Positions 50,763 to 64,000 of a DNA stretch of 64,000 bases are shown here, in pieces; positions within the stretch are counted from its first letter, which is position 1; each line of letters starts with the position of its first letter. The position numbers were made by a program, and so were the translations under genes. Source of the stretch: Octopus vulgaris (lineage: Eukaryota); assembly GCA_951406725.2 (NCBI GenBank), contig OX597836.1, positions 6,014,001-6,078,000 of the forward strand, written 5' to 3'. The notes beneath the pieces are model-generated. The model searched no databases, was not told the origin of the DNA, and saw only the letters and a list, made by a program, of their open reading frames with translations.

Positions 50763-52280
50763 ACACTCACCTAATTAGAAACGGCAAGAAACTCCTTGTC
50801 TGGCACGCAAACTAATTTTGTTTTACGAATTAATTAAAGGATAAATTGAAACAATTATCCTCTAATTGCTTCACGAGTAACAGTTAACATGTGGCTACTG
50901 CTACATGACCGCAGGTTTCAACATGTCTTAGAACGCATGGTGGTAGCGATGGTGGTGGTGGTCGTCGTCGTCGTCGTTGTCGTCGTCGTCGTTGTCGTCG
51001 TCGTCACTATCGTCGTCGTCATCGTCGTTGTTGTTGTTGTTGTTCTTGTTGTTTAGGTCCACCGTGTCTACGAACATTGAACAGTTTTATGATTAAAGGT
51101 TTTCTTTAACATGGTCAACTCGTCCTTTGTCATATGTAGAACTGGCTTGACCAATGCGTCCTTCGTTTTTTTAAGACTCAATGAAATGATTCAATGGAAA
51201 TCTGACTAAAGTTTTGCTGACCAAGCGGAAATGTCTAGAATATCCCCTTGATTCACATTATGGCCGTCGTAGTCAGATAGATCCCTTTCCAACCCAGGCT
51301 GTTGAATAAACCGCTTCCAGATAGTCTGTAACTTGGAGTGAAAACAAATCAGTTTCTATCGCCATTTGCGATAGATTCTATCGCAAATGGTGATGCGACT
51401 AGTAGAGCTTTGAAAACATTAAGCACCACAAAATACTGTTACCATGCAGGTTATGCCGTGTCCACAGTGGTCACCTTCTCTGCCCCTCCAGAACGTCAAA
51501 GCAGAAACCCGTCATATGACTTTTATAGTTACACTTGGAACATTTCTGCTTTCCGCCATTAAGCTTTAAAAATCGCTCTCTCGCTTTCGGTGGTCATCAA
51601 TACGGGTTTTCTATATCGTTTCGTGTCATTTCATTTTTCAGCTCTTTCCGAAAGCGTATAATAGCTGTACCAAGGACTAGCTTTATCTACACCGTCGTTC
51701 TTTTTGACTCCCGTGTTGCATTGGCCAACGTATTATATCACAAGATTATAGATTGATGTACAACGCCGCAACATGCTTTGCTTCCTGCCTCCATCTTGTA
51801 GGCTCTACCGTGACCATCAGAAGAGACACCACGGTTCATATCTAAAAGGATAACTGTTAGCTGTCTGTTTGGAGGGAATTCTGAGATGTCAGATGCTTTA
51901 AGAGACGCAGAGGTATACATCCTCCATTTTGCAACCCTTGGATTTAATCTAAAGGCAATGTGGCATCTTCTTTGGTCATATATCTTCGCAAGGTATATTT
52001 TGATCTAGGTCACGCATACAGAATTCTTCTTACTGGCGGGTGACCTTAGCGAAAGTATTGTTAATGCCGTCACTTTGGCTCAAAACAACTTCTTTTGTTT
52101 TGTTTTTCTTTCGTCTGGTGGGATTGCATTCGCGTCTTCGATTGATAACACAGACATCATCATCATTATCATCCCCATCATCATCATCATCAACATCGGT
52201 ATCATTATTATTGTTCGTGTTATTGCTTCTGCTGCTATGATCGTGCTTTCGTTTTCGTGATTATCCATAACAGCTCACAC

Positions 52281-52336
<56 letters not shown>

Positions 52337-52519
52337 ACACATATATATATAAACTTGGTTCTTCCGATTACAGACTTGGGCAAATTTAGTCATCACACAA
52401 AATCTCTTCTGTGTGTGAGTGAGTCTGTCCGTCCGTCCGTCTGTCTCACTGTCTCACTGTCTCTCTGTCCGTCTGTCTGCTTGTCTGTGTCTGTGTATCT
52501 GTCTGTGTGGGGGTTATCT

Positions 52520-52720
52520 CTTATCTTTTACTTGTTTCAGCCATGGGATTGTGGCCACACTTCGGCCATACCGGGGCACTGGCTTGAAGGTTTTACTCAA
52601 ACAAATCGACCCCAGCGTTTATATTTTAAAGACTAATACTTATTCTATCGATCTCTTTTTCCCAAGCCGCTAGGTGATGGGGGGGAAGGAGACGCAAACG
52701 AACCAAGACCGTTTCTCAAC
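52520..52720 (-). mobile_element. SINE family E, 3' half, degenerate
   Basis: TCTTTTACTTGTTTCAG...AAATCGACCCCAG...TACTTATTCTATCG. Confidence 0.7.
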
Positions 52721-52789
52721 ATGTACACACATAGCTATACACACACAGACACACACACCTATATATATATATATGTATGTGTGTATGTA

Positions 52790-52820
<31 letters not shown>

Positions 52821-52823
52821 AGT

Positions 52824-52856
<33 letters not shown>

Positions 52857-52972
52857 GTTGCATGTAAATACACATATATTCACATATCAATATATATGCA
52901 TATGTGTGTATATATATGTACGTATATATATATATATATACATACATATATATATATATACATACATATATA

Positions 52973-53008
<36 letters not shown>

Positions 53009-54048
53009 ATGCTTACTTACATAATGAGAAAGATATCAAATAAAGTGGATCCCAGTGAAGAGAGAGGGGAAGCTAAGGCAAGACATTTTGAAGTGGTGGA
53101 GGAGGTGCCGAAGTAGGTAGAGAGAGAAAGAGGAGGGAAGGAGAAGTGTCTAGCTTCCCCCCATCAAAAAAAAAAGAAAAAAAAAAGATCTAAAACAAAA
53201 GAAAAATGAGGCGTTTAAATACCAAAAAAAAAATCAACTTAAAAATACAGAATTTACAAAATAATAAAATGGCTAATCAAGAAAGACAGAAATTGGTCAC
53301 GTGCGAGTAATATATTAGGATGATTTAAATAATTAACTCATGGGTGTATGTCTGTATATGTGTGAAAGTGTATGTGTAGGTGTGAGTGTGTCTGCATGCG
53401 TATGTGTATGTCTGTATGTGTCTGTATGTATCTGTACGTGTTTTATAATGTAACGATGTCTGAACATCAGTGATGTTTTTTCGAAAAGTTTTTGCAAGGG
53501 TTTTTTTTTTCAATTTTTTTTTGCTTCTTCTCAAAATTTATTATTCTCTGTTTCTATTTATTACAGTTTTTGCTTATTTTTTTATTATTTCTAATTTTTA
53601 TGCCTTTATTTCACGAAAATAATTCTTAGAATTACGGGTTGGAGAGGGTTATATACTTTATGTTTTTTTTTTCCTAAAATTTATATAATTTTTTTTATTT
53701 TCTTGAATATCTGAACGTTCCAAGTAAATTTCTGAAATGATGCTCAAAGTGCAGGAGAGAGGAGGGAAACGGAAGGGGCGGGTATATCCTGATTACCTTT
53801 TTATTTCTGTGCTAATTAATATGATTTAAGATGCTTTATCGGCTGAATTATAGGGTATGGATGGTGCTTGGTGATTTTGTTTGTAGCCACTTAAAACAAA
53901 AGAAATAAAGCTTGTAACATCTTCAGAAACATCAGTGATATGATCACGTACATACATAGGCAAACACACTCACACGCACGTACACACACTGATACACATA
54001 CATACATACATACATACATACATACATACATACATACATACATACATA

Positions 54049-54478
54049 GCGATTTTCTTCACTACTTCAAGGAGTAGTGTCAGGCAGGACTACCCTGCCT
54101 GACACGAGTCCCGGGCTCAGCTGGCTCCAGCTGGCAGTACCCGGTATGGGCCCCTATTCAAGGTTACGGAAAGGAGACAACCTTCAAAGAAATCCGGAGT
54201 GGAGCCCCGTTGGCGGTTTAGTGTTCGACTCGACATTCATCCGGCAACTCCTGCAACCAATCTGCTGCCAAACGTAATGCTCTGCACTCCTTTGGACTAC
54301 ATCAGCAAGGTCGAGAGAGGAATCCTGACGATTGGGCTACCCAGGATTTTCTTACATCTAGCCCAGGCCTGCGCAAAACTGGAGAGGAAACTGGAGAAGA
54401 CATGAAATGTAAAACCCAGACTGGATTAGTTTATGCGCAACTCCATTGTCTCCCGAGACAAAAGGATACAAACATTAT
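54049..54478 (+). mobile_element. GC-richer structured element, probable RTE-derived bipartite non-autonomous retroposon
   Basis: 12-bp perfect hairpin 54077-54105; 3' end CCATTGTCTCCCGAGACAAAAGGATAC resembles the RTE stem-loop tail (from memory). Confidence 0.55.
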
Positions 54479-55034
54479 ACATTTGTATGTGGTTAGAGTA
54501 TTCGGTTCACGATTGTAAGGTCGTGATTTCGATATCTGGCGCGCGTTGCCCCAGTCCTAATTGGTCCTAACAAAAGTGAGGAGAACCTGTATTTCAAAGG
54601 GCAGGCCTTGTTACATCCTGAGAACTATGTTAACGATATGCGTGTCTATGGAGTAGTCAGACGTTTGCACCTTAATTCCACGTGCTATCTGCTCCGTTCT
54701 GCATGTGCGTGTGCGAGTGTGTGTGTATCTTTGTATCTGTGTTTGTTCCTCCACCACCGCGTCACAATCTGTGATTGTGTGTTTACATACCTGTAACTTA
54801 ACTGCTCAGCAAGAGAGACCGACAGGATGAGTAGTAAGCTGAAAAGAGATAAGCACGGATTTCGTTGATTGGGAAGTCGTCAACTTGACAGATAAATGCT
54901 TTTAAGCGTAAGAGAATATACTTTCAATGCCCATGGTGTAAAAACACCCGAAAGCAGGGCATAGCCAAGTGAGACAACTCACATCAGATCCCTTTTATTT
55001 TATTTCGAGCGATAGATATCGATGTTTCGTCATT

Positions 55035-55245
55035 GGTTTCAAATTTTGGTACAAGGCCAGCAATTTTAGGTGGAAGGGTAAGTCGATTACAAAGACCCCA
55101 TTCTAGTATTGGTACCTGCTTTATCGAAACCCGGAAGGATGAGAAGCAATGTCGGTCGCAGGCGGAATTTGTCCTCAGAAAGTAAAAACGGACGAAATAC
55201 CAAGCATTCTGCCCGACATGCTCACAGCCCTTCCGACACACCGTC
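55035..55245 (-). mobile_element. SINE family A, degenerate
   Basis: GGTTTCAAATTTTGGTACAAGGCCAGCAATTT. Confidence 0.78.
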
Positions 55246-55395
55246 TCATGTATACTTGTATATTAATGACCGCTGAGAGAGACCCGGGCTTAGTGATATA
55301 AGCAGCAGTTCATATAGAGCCTAATGTTTGTGTAATGTGCAATATGGATTCTTCAGTACTACGCACACACATACACACACACACATATATATATA

Positions 55396-55445
55396 TTTCA
55401 CGCAGCCGTTCGTCAAATAGTTGTCTGATGAACGGCTACGTGAAA
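55396..55445. repeat. ~24-bp imperfect inverted repeat containing CTGATGA-ACG-GCTA-CGT-GAAA
   Basis: TTTCACGCAGCCGTTCGTCAAATA / TGTCTGATGAACGGCTACGTGAAA, next to (TA)n. Confidence 0.7.
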
Positions 55446-55554
55446 CTATGATAAAAGTTTGCAAATTTATCGCTTTCATGAAATAGAATTTTAATCTATC
55501 TTTGGTATTCTAGCGGCATTTTTTCAATATCGTTTTGCTTCTATATACTTATTT

Positions 55555-55599
<45 letters not shown>

Positions 55600-55646
55600 T
55601 AGAGAGAGAGAGATATTGATACATAGATATTTATATAATATTTTGA

Positions 55647-55719
<73 letters not shown>

Positions 55720-56313
55720 CACATATATATATATACGTATAAATACGCACATAAATATATACGTCTAAATATATACACATTCACCTACCTATACATACAC
55801 ATATATATATTGATATATATATACTTACATTTATGTAAGTGTATACATACACATATGTGTATATGAATCCATATGTGTATGTATGTACATATACATATGT
55901 ACTTAATAGAATCGCACATACATACAATTATACATACATACGTAAGTACAAACACATACATACATAAAACATTCATACATACATACATATATTCTTGCAT
56001 ACATACATACATACATACATATATCCATACATGCATGCATTCATGCATACCTGCATACATACACAAATACACACATACATACATGCATACATACATACAT
56101 ACAAACATGCATACACACACGTATACATACATACACGCATTCATACATGCATATATACATACATGCATGCAAAGACAATACATGCATACATTCATACATA
56201 CATACATACACACTCACATACATCTCTTTTCGCACAATGCATTCGGCTCGCTTAAAATCACAGCATTGCACTTTTTTTTTCGTTTTCTCTTCATTATTTA
56301 CATTATTATCGAA

Positions 56314-56746
56314 GGTAGTGATCTGGCAGAAACGTTAACATGCCGAGCGAAATGCTTAGAGGTATTTCGTCTGCCGTTACGTTCTGAGTTCAAATTCCGC
56401 CGAGGTCGACTTTGCCTTTGATCCTTTCGGGGTTCATGAATTTAGTACCAGTTACGCACTGAGGTCGATGTAATCGACTTAATCCCTTTGTCTGTCCCTG
56501 TTTGTCCCCTCTATGTTTAGACCCTTGTGGGCAATAAAGAAATAAGAAAAGTTAGCACGCCGGGCGAAATGCTAGGCAGTATTTCGTCTGTCTTTATGTT
56601 CTGAGTTCAAATTCCGCCGGGGTCGACTTCTCCTTTCATCCTTCCGGGGCCGTTAAATTAAGTACAAGTTGCGTACTGGGATCGACCTAATCGACTGACC
56701 ATCTTCCCAAAGATTTCGGGACTTAAGCCTAGAGTGGAAAAGATTA
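56314..56746 (+). mobile_element. SINE family A dimer
   Basis: Second unit restarts at GTTAGCACGCCGGG (~56551) and ends with the alternative tail. Confidence 0.92.
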
Positions 56747-57191
56747 TTTACGTTATCACCCCACCATCACCCCACCACCACCACCACCGTCGTCATCATC
56801 ATCATCATCATCATCATCATGGTCATCTTCATGACTACCACTTCTACTGTTACCACAATCAATTGCATCAACAATAACATCATCATCATCATCATCATCA
56901 TCTTCACCATCATCATCGTCATCATCAATTCTTTAATCGATTGTTGGCGCTAATAATGAAATGATGAAAGTTGCGCGCCGTTTTAGCTACCTGCTTGAAA
57001 ATCTGTGTAAGTGTGTGTGAATGCGTTAGAGCACATCTAATGTAATATGTAAGTGTCTGAATCTCTATGTCTGTACGTTTAGGTGTCATAGATGCTTAAA
57101 TAGATCTGTGGAGGGGGCTGCTTGTAAATATAGTATAAAATTTCAGGCCTTGTGCCTATAGTAAAAAAGGATTATAATTTACTTCCATGAA

Positions 57192-57585
57192 GGCAGCGAA
57201 CTGTCAGAAACGTTAGCACGCCGGGCGAAATGCTTAACGGTATTTCGTCCGTCGCAGCGTTCTGAGTTCAAATTCTGCCGAAGTCGACTTTGCCTTTCAT
57301 CCTTTCGGGGTCGATTAAATAAATACCAGTTATGCACTGGAGTCGATATGATTGACTTAATCCCTTTGCCTGTCGTTGTTTGTCTCTTCTGTGTTTAGCC
57401 CCTTGTGGGTAGTAAAGAAACAGGTATTTCGTCTGTCTTTACGTTCTGAGTTCAAATTCCGCCAAGGTCGACTTTGCCTTTCATCCTTTCGGGAGTCGAT
57501 GAAATATGTACCAGTACAGCATTGGGGTCAATATAATCAACTAGACCCCTTCCTCCAGAATTCTCAAGGTCTCGTGCCTAGAACA
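57192..57585 (+). mobile_element. SINE family A dimer
   Basis: GGTATTTC at 57239 and 57423 (184 bp). Confidence 0.92.
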
Positions 57586-57591
57586 TATATA

Positions 57592-57642
<51 letters not shown>

Positions 57643-57756
57643 TTGTATGTGAATGCGTGTGTCCATACTTGCAGCTTAGTATATCAGAATGTATATGCGT
57701 GTGTATTCTTGTATGTGTGTGTGTGTGTATGTGCGTGTGTGTGTGTGTATGTGTGT

Positions 57757-57806
<50 letters not shown>

Positions 57807-58538
57807 TCTAGATTATGCGTATCCGTATGTGTAGTTCACTACGTGGATATAAAAGTACGTGCGTGTGCATTTGTATGTATGCATCCTGTATGTGAATGTG
57901 TGCATGTATATATGTGTGTATATGTGCATGCGTGAGAGTATATGTCTGTCTCAGTGTGTAAAGAAATCTCTTGTATATGTGAGCATGAGTGTTTCAATGT
58001 GTGTATATATCTATGTATGTGTGCATACTTATTATGTGTGCGCATTCTTGTAAATGTATACGTGCGAATGTGGGGAGTGTGGCTTTGTGCAAGCAAGTAA
58101 GACGCAAGTGTGTTTGTATCGGTCTAATTATGTATGCGCGTTTGTCCCTTTGCGTAGATTAAAGAAAATATTTGACGAAAGATATACGCGTCTGTGTATA
58201 CGTGTGTGTGTGTGTGTACATACATATATACATACATATATATGCACATATATATATACAAATATGTATATACATACACATATATATTTATGCATATATA
58301 TATGTAAATATCAACACATATATATATATGCATATATATATATATGTCTGTGTGTGTGTGTATATATATGTATATATCTACACACACACACACATATATA
58401 TATATATAATTAGAAATATATATATATGTATATATATATACATATATACATATATAAATGTAGATATAAATATATATATACATATATATAAATATATATT
58501 TATATTTATATTTGTATATGTACATACATATATGTAAG

Positions 58539-58570
<32 letters not shown>

Positions 58571-59191
58571 TATACACATATATATAATATATATATATAA
58601 TATATACCATAGAAATACATATATATATAATATATATAATATATATATATGTATATATATGCATGTGTTTGTTGGTGTTTGTGTGTGTGTGTGTGTGTGT
58701 GTACGCGTGTGTGTCTGAATCTCTATGTGAACATATCATTCGGCTTACGACTATGCGTCCGCGTGTATATAGCAATGACTACGTGATCATAGAAACGAGG
58801 GCGGAGTATACGGCATGATGAGCGGGGGTGGAGGAGTGACAAAAAAAATATATACAAATATCGTTTTAGGATCGCTTTACGTAAACAATTGCTCGCCTGA
58901 ATAATGTTGAGGATTTACGTGTTTCGGAGAACGTCATAGGAGAAAGACGGGGAGTGACGTCATAGGTTCAATTTAAGGGGAAACACTGCCATGTTTGGAA
59001 TGCTTAAAAACTGCTCCACTCTACTACGTGCGCCGTCACATGTAGGCACGTGTAGGCACATGTTCCCCGTTGTTCACATATATTAGTACGTGTGGGAATG
59101 CATCCACACGCACAGACTGACTAGGAGGCATGCATGTATGTTTGTGAAGAAGTGTGAACACGATTATATACAAAGATATGTATATATATAT

Positions 59192-59239
<48 letters not shown>

Positions 59240-59342
59240 TATATGTATATATACATATATGCGTGTATATATAAATATAATTTGTATATAAATACTCACT
59301 TATATATGTATACGTATGCATATATACAAATATATATGTATG

Positions 59343-59382
<40 letters not shown>

Positions 59383-59456
59383 AATATGTGTGTTTGTGCA
59401 TGCATATATGTGTTTACACACACACACATATATATATATATGTACGAGTGTGTGCG

Positions 59457-59566
<110 letters not shown>

Positions 59567-59906
59567 TGCATATATATGTGTGTGTGTGTGTATATATCCA
59601 TATGTATATATTGATATATGTATATATGTGTGTGTGTGTGTTTGTGTGTATGTATAGTATGTATGCATATATATATGTATGAATGTATGTATCATGTACT
59701 TAAATATGAGAATGCATCTATGTATGCATGCATGTATGTATGTGTGTATGTATACACACGTACACGCATACACAAATGCCTTTCATATATACACAGACGG
59801 AATGCTGTGTGCGTCTGAGAATGACTATAACGGTGATACATTTGCGTGTAGCTCAAAGTCAGATTCACACACACACATACACACACACACGCAGGTACAC
59901 AGTCAA

Positions 59907-59952
<46 letters not shown>

Positions 59953-60494
59953 TCCCCGCTTTCTCTCCCCCTCTCACTCTCTCCTCCTTTCCTTGTCTCT
60001 TTCTTTCTTTCCCTCTCTCAAAGATCAGCGCAGTTCTGTCACGTTATTGCTACAAAGATATCACCTTCTCACTTACTCAAGCAATGGCGGAAATTGGCGA
60101 GTGGGAGTTTGTCGGCTTTCATGTTACTGTGTACATGGGTTTGCGTGTCTGCGCTTTCATTCGTCAGTATGAGCCTCTGTAGAACTATCGCTATGTCGTG
60201 TGCTTGTGTGCTTGTGTGTGTGTGTGAGTGTGTATTGGTGTGTGTGTTTGTGTGCGTGCCTCTGTGATTCTATGACGATTTTTGTGTGTGTAATATCTCT
60301 ATTTAACAGCCATAATAGTTAAATGATGTTCCCCATTATGTACCGACACCCCACCCCCCGACCTTTGCATCTCCATCACGCATTGTATGTACACGCACGA
60401 TTTTATACGCACACCACTTATATAAACACAGATAATGCAGATTCCATCTTTATATCTCTCTATCTCTGTATCTATCTATCTGTCTCTCTCTCTT

Positions 60495-60594
<100 letters not shown>

Positions 60595-60865
60595 CACAAA
60601 CATATATATATATATATGTATATATAAACAAACATAAACACACACCTATATATATATATATACATATATACATATATATATGTATATGTATATATATATA
60701 TAAATATATATATATGTGTGCGTGTGTGTGCGTGTGTGCACGTGTATGTGTGTAATAGAGACAGAGAGAGATTTATATATAAACATTATACATGCAAACA
60801 CTCATACACACATACATTCATACATATATATATATACACACATGCATACATTCATACATACATAC

Positions 60866-60923
<58 letters not shown>

Positions 60924-61653
60924 GTATGCAAGTGTGTGCATGTGTGTGCATGTATGCATGTATGTATGTATATATATGTATGCATGAATGTATGCATGTG
61001 TTAGTATGTGTGTATATATTTATATATAGGTGTGTGTGCATGAATGTATGTGTATGTATGTGTGTGTGTATATATATATATATACATGTATGAATGAATG
61101 TATGCATGTGTTTGTATATATATATATATATATATACATACACACACATACATACATGCATACATACACATACATGCACACACTTGCATATGTATATATA
61201 CGTACAGATACATTCGTACGGCGTATTTTTCTGGTAATTTCTCCTAGAAATAAGAGTCCATAGTCCCTCACATCTCACATTGCATCTCACCTTACTGTCA
61301 CCTACTTAAAGAATATTCCCACTGCTTCCTTCTCTATTCCTCAATGTATACACACTGTTATCATTATAAAATGCGAGGCTGATGGCGGGATATGATTTTT
61401 ATCGGTGTCTTCTCAGCCAGAGCTCTTCTGGTGCCAAAATGCAATACTCCAATATTCTCTAGAAAAGGATCTATTTGTATCCGAGGTCATATTGTGCTAC
61501 CTCGTAAACAGCAGCAACCATTTGTAGCACAAACATTTAATGTAGCTCTGCTTCGTCAATACCTGAAATAATAATATGGGGTGGGGTCCATTCATTCGCG
61601 CGTACGCCTGCACGTGTGTGTAATATATGTATGCAATATTTTTTATGTATGTA

Positions 61654-61802
61654 TAGCCGGCTATTACCGGTAAAGGTTTTAGTTGCCAATTTTGTACAAG
61701 ACATTGTAGATCTTTAGCTGGGCTAAAAAGTCACATTCGATCACAGCACCAGTAACTGTTAAGCTTCGTGCAATGGCCATACTCGATAACGAGGGAGCAG
61801 CC

Positions 61803-61806
<4 letters not shown>
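61654..61806 (+). mobile_element. RTE-type LINE 3' end with tail, followed by (TA)n
   Basis: Matches 46766-46890; tail GGCCATACTCGATAACGAGGGAGCAGCC. Confidence 0.75.
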
Positions 61807-61865
<59 letters not shown>

Positions 61866-61989
61866 ATGCTGGTTTCTGTTTTTAATAATTCAATTCCTTC
61901 CTCTGAGGAAGGAGCTGGTTTCTTTCAAAGATACACCCTTCCGTTTTTTTTTTAAATGAAGATGACAAAAACGATATCAAAAATTAAAT

Positions 61990-62350
61990 TAAAGAAATGC
62001 CTTCAACACGTTTATATTTTTAATGTGTGCGTTTGTTCGTTGATTGATTTTCCTAAAACCCGTAGCTAATTCAGATTGTCACGTGGGCATTTACAGACAA
62101 CACCAAGTGCGCGAATTATTGTCGGCATAAATGTGAATTTATAATTTGGACAGAGAAATCAGGGGTTTCGAATTAGTTGCCCATGGTCATCTTCTTTCTC
62201 CTTGAGTTTCAAGGAATATACACATCAGCAGGTGTGCTGACATCTAGGAAGGTACACCCATTTTCTTGTTTGCCCCCAAAACCACAATATTTGGCTTGTT
62301 ATGTTTACACTTGACAATTGTGTTGATGGGAATCTTACACCAATATTGTT
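61990..62350 (-). pseudogene. Fossil R4/Dong-type RLE C-terminus
   Basis: YWCKIPINTIVKCKHNKPNIVV; CTFLDVSTPADV; KEKED; YKFTFMPTIIRALG. Confidence 0.8.
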
Positions 62351-63420
62351 TATGTGGGTGTTTCATGTCTATATGTTTGTATGTGTGTATGTATGTATGT
62401 ATGTGTTCATGTATCTGTGTATGTATGTATGTTTGTCATTTTTCAGTTTTATTTCGAGATTTCTCGCCAATAGAGAAAGACCCGGTATCTACCCTAGATT
62501 CCTTCATTGGAATTTCAAATTCAACAACAGGGGTGCATATATATGTGTCACTAAGTCTAGATGTATATGGTTGTGATTGTCTATGTATGCGTGCAGGCAT
62601 ATGTATGTATTTATGTATATATGTATGTGTGTATATATGTATGTATGCATGTATGTATATATGTATATATGTATGTATGTGTGTACGTATGTATGTATGC
62701 ATGTATGTATATATGTATGTATGTATGTATATATGTATGTATGTATGTATGCATGTATGTATGTATGTATGTATATATGTATGTATGTATATATGTATGT
62801 ATGTATTACGTACGTACGTACGTATGTATGTATGTATGTATGTATGTATGTATGTATGTAGATACGCGAATATAACTGTGAAGGATTTTTTATTTGACCC
62901 TGCGTCGTCTCGAATGATGCTGCATAGGTCGTACGACTCCATAACGATTTAGGCGAACATAACATCAACATATACACATACATACACAGAGGTAAACTCA
63001 TATGACGTCAGATTCACGCACAGAACACACACCCACACACACCACACACACCACACACACCACACACACACACACGCACACATACAAAAGTAGACATAGA
63101 CAAACGCTCACACACATGCCCACACATATTCATAGTTGTGTGGGCATGTCTGCTGATAGATATGAATATCATTTCTCCGATGATTGCGAATTCCGCCCCC
63201 GTTTCCCTCTCTCTCTCTTTCTCTCTCTCTGTCTCTCTCTGTATATCTCTCCTTCTCTGCACCCCCATCTTTCTCACTCTATCTCTCTCCATTTTGTTTC
63301 GCTCTTTCTCTTATCTTTCCTCTCTTTTTCTTATAATTTGACATTCATACAAATAATTCTTTGTGGGGTTAAATGACACTTGCATCGTTGTCTTAAGCTT
63401 GCTAACTCTTTCTCTCTCTC

Positions 63421-63464
<44 letters not shown>

Positions 63465-63496
63465 TATATGTACACTATGTACACTTAACATTCATG

Positions 63497-63677
63497 CAAA
63501 ATTTTGGCACATGCCAGCCAGTTTAGAGGATCGGGTAAGCAGATTACATCGGCGCCAGCGCTCAACAGGTGTTATTCTATCAACCTCGACGGAATTTGAA
63601 CTCAGAACGTAAAGTCAGGCGAAATGCCGGTAAGCATTTTGCCCGGCACGCTAACAATTCTACCAACTCACCGCCTT
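63497..63677 (-). mobile_element. SINE family A
   Basis: GGAATTTGAACTCAGAACG...GCTAACAATTCTACCAACTCACCGCC. Confidence 0.82.
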
Positions 63678-63714
63678 AGATACACTTAGTGTTAACACGG
63701 AATAAATTTCATAC

Positions 63715-64000
63715 CATTAAGGGAGGTATTTATAGAGATGATGGCTCATTAATTTTAAAGCTTACAATAAAAAAGCAGGGTTGTTACTTCATAAAATTTA
63801 CTGCCATTTTATTTAACGGCCTGATTTGAAAAATATAGTAAATTGTACCCTTAAGAGAGTGAATTTGTTTGGGAAAAAACTCGTGTATTAAAATAAATGT
63901 TTTAAGCTTATACGTAGACAATGATTAAAACAATTCACCATACCTTTTTAGAAATATTCCCATCTATTTGGATAAGCGGTTGGCACGTTCTTATAAGAAA
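63715..64000 (+). pseudogene. Penelope-like reverse transcriptase fossil (runs off window)
   Basis: GGIYRDDGSLI (cf. PLE GLYRDDGL); later FRNIPIYLDKRLA (cf. SNHPPxIxKNIPxxIxxRL). Confidence 0.65.

Noticed and set aside
59950-60182. Candidate exon (ISAVLSRYCYKDITF...)
   Set aside because: No recognisable homology or good donor site

Overview
AT-rich animal non-coding DNA with no credible intact protein-coding gene. Nearly all ORFs in the track are translations of microsatellites: (TG)n, (TA)n, (TATG)n, (CTAT)n, (CAT)n and (AAT)n. The repeat content resembles a coleoid cephalopod (Octopus-like) genome; this is inferred from remembered SINE sequences and was not verified by a search. The window holds several tRNA-headed SINE families in dozens of copies, fossil R4/Dong-clade and RTE-clade LINEs, Penelope-like RT remnants, a mariner-derived MITE family and one non-autonomous Helitron. 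The most notable item is a 4-copy family (here family F) that joins a tRNA-derived Pol III head, an (AAT)n spacer and a minimal type-I hammerhead-ribozyme motif of the Penelope kind; two copies show the same 5'-inversion geometry. At least six other short, unrelated elements also carry hammerhead-like cores and/or fold-back ends next to (TA)n tracts. Together these suggest a set of non-autonomous, ribozyme-bearing elements that depend on Penelope. Family letters A-G are my own labels, and coordinates of degenerate elements are approximate.
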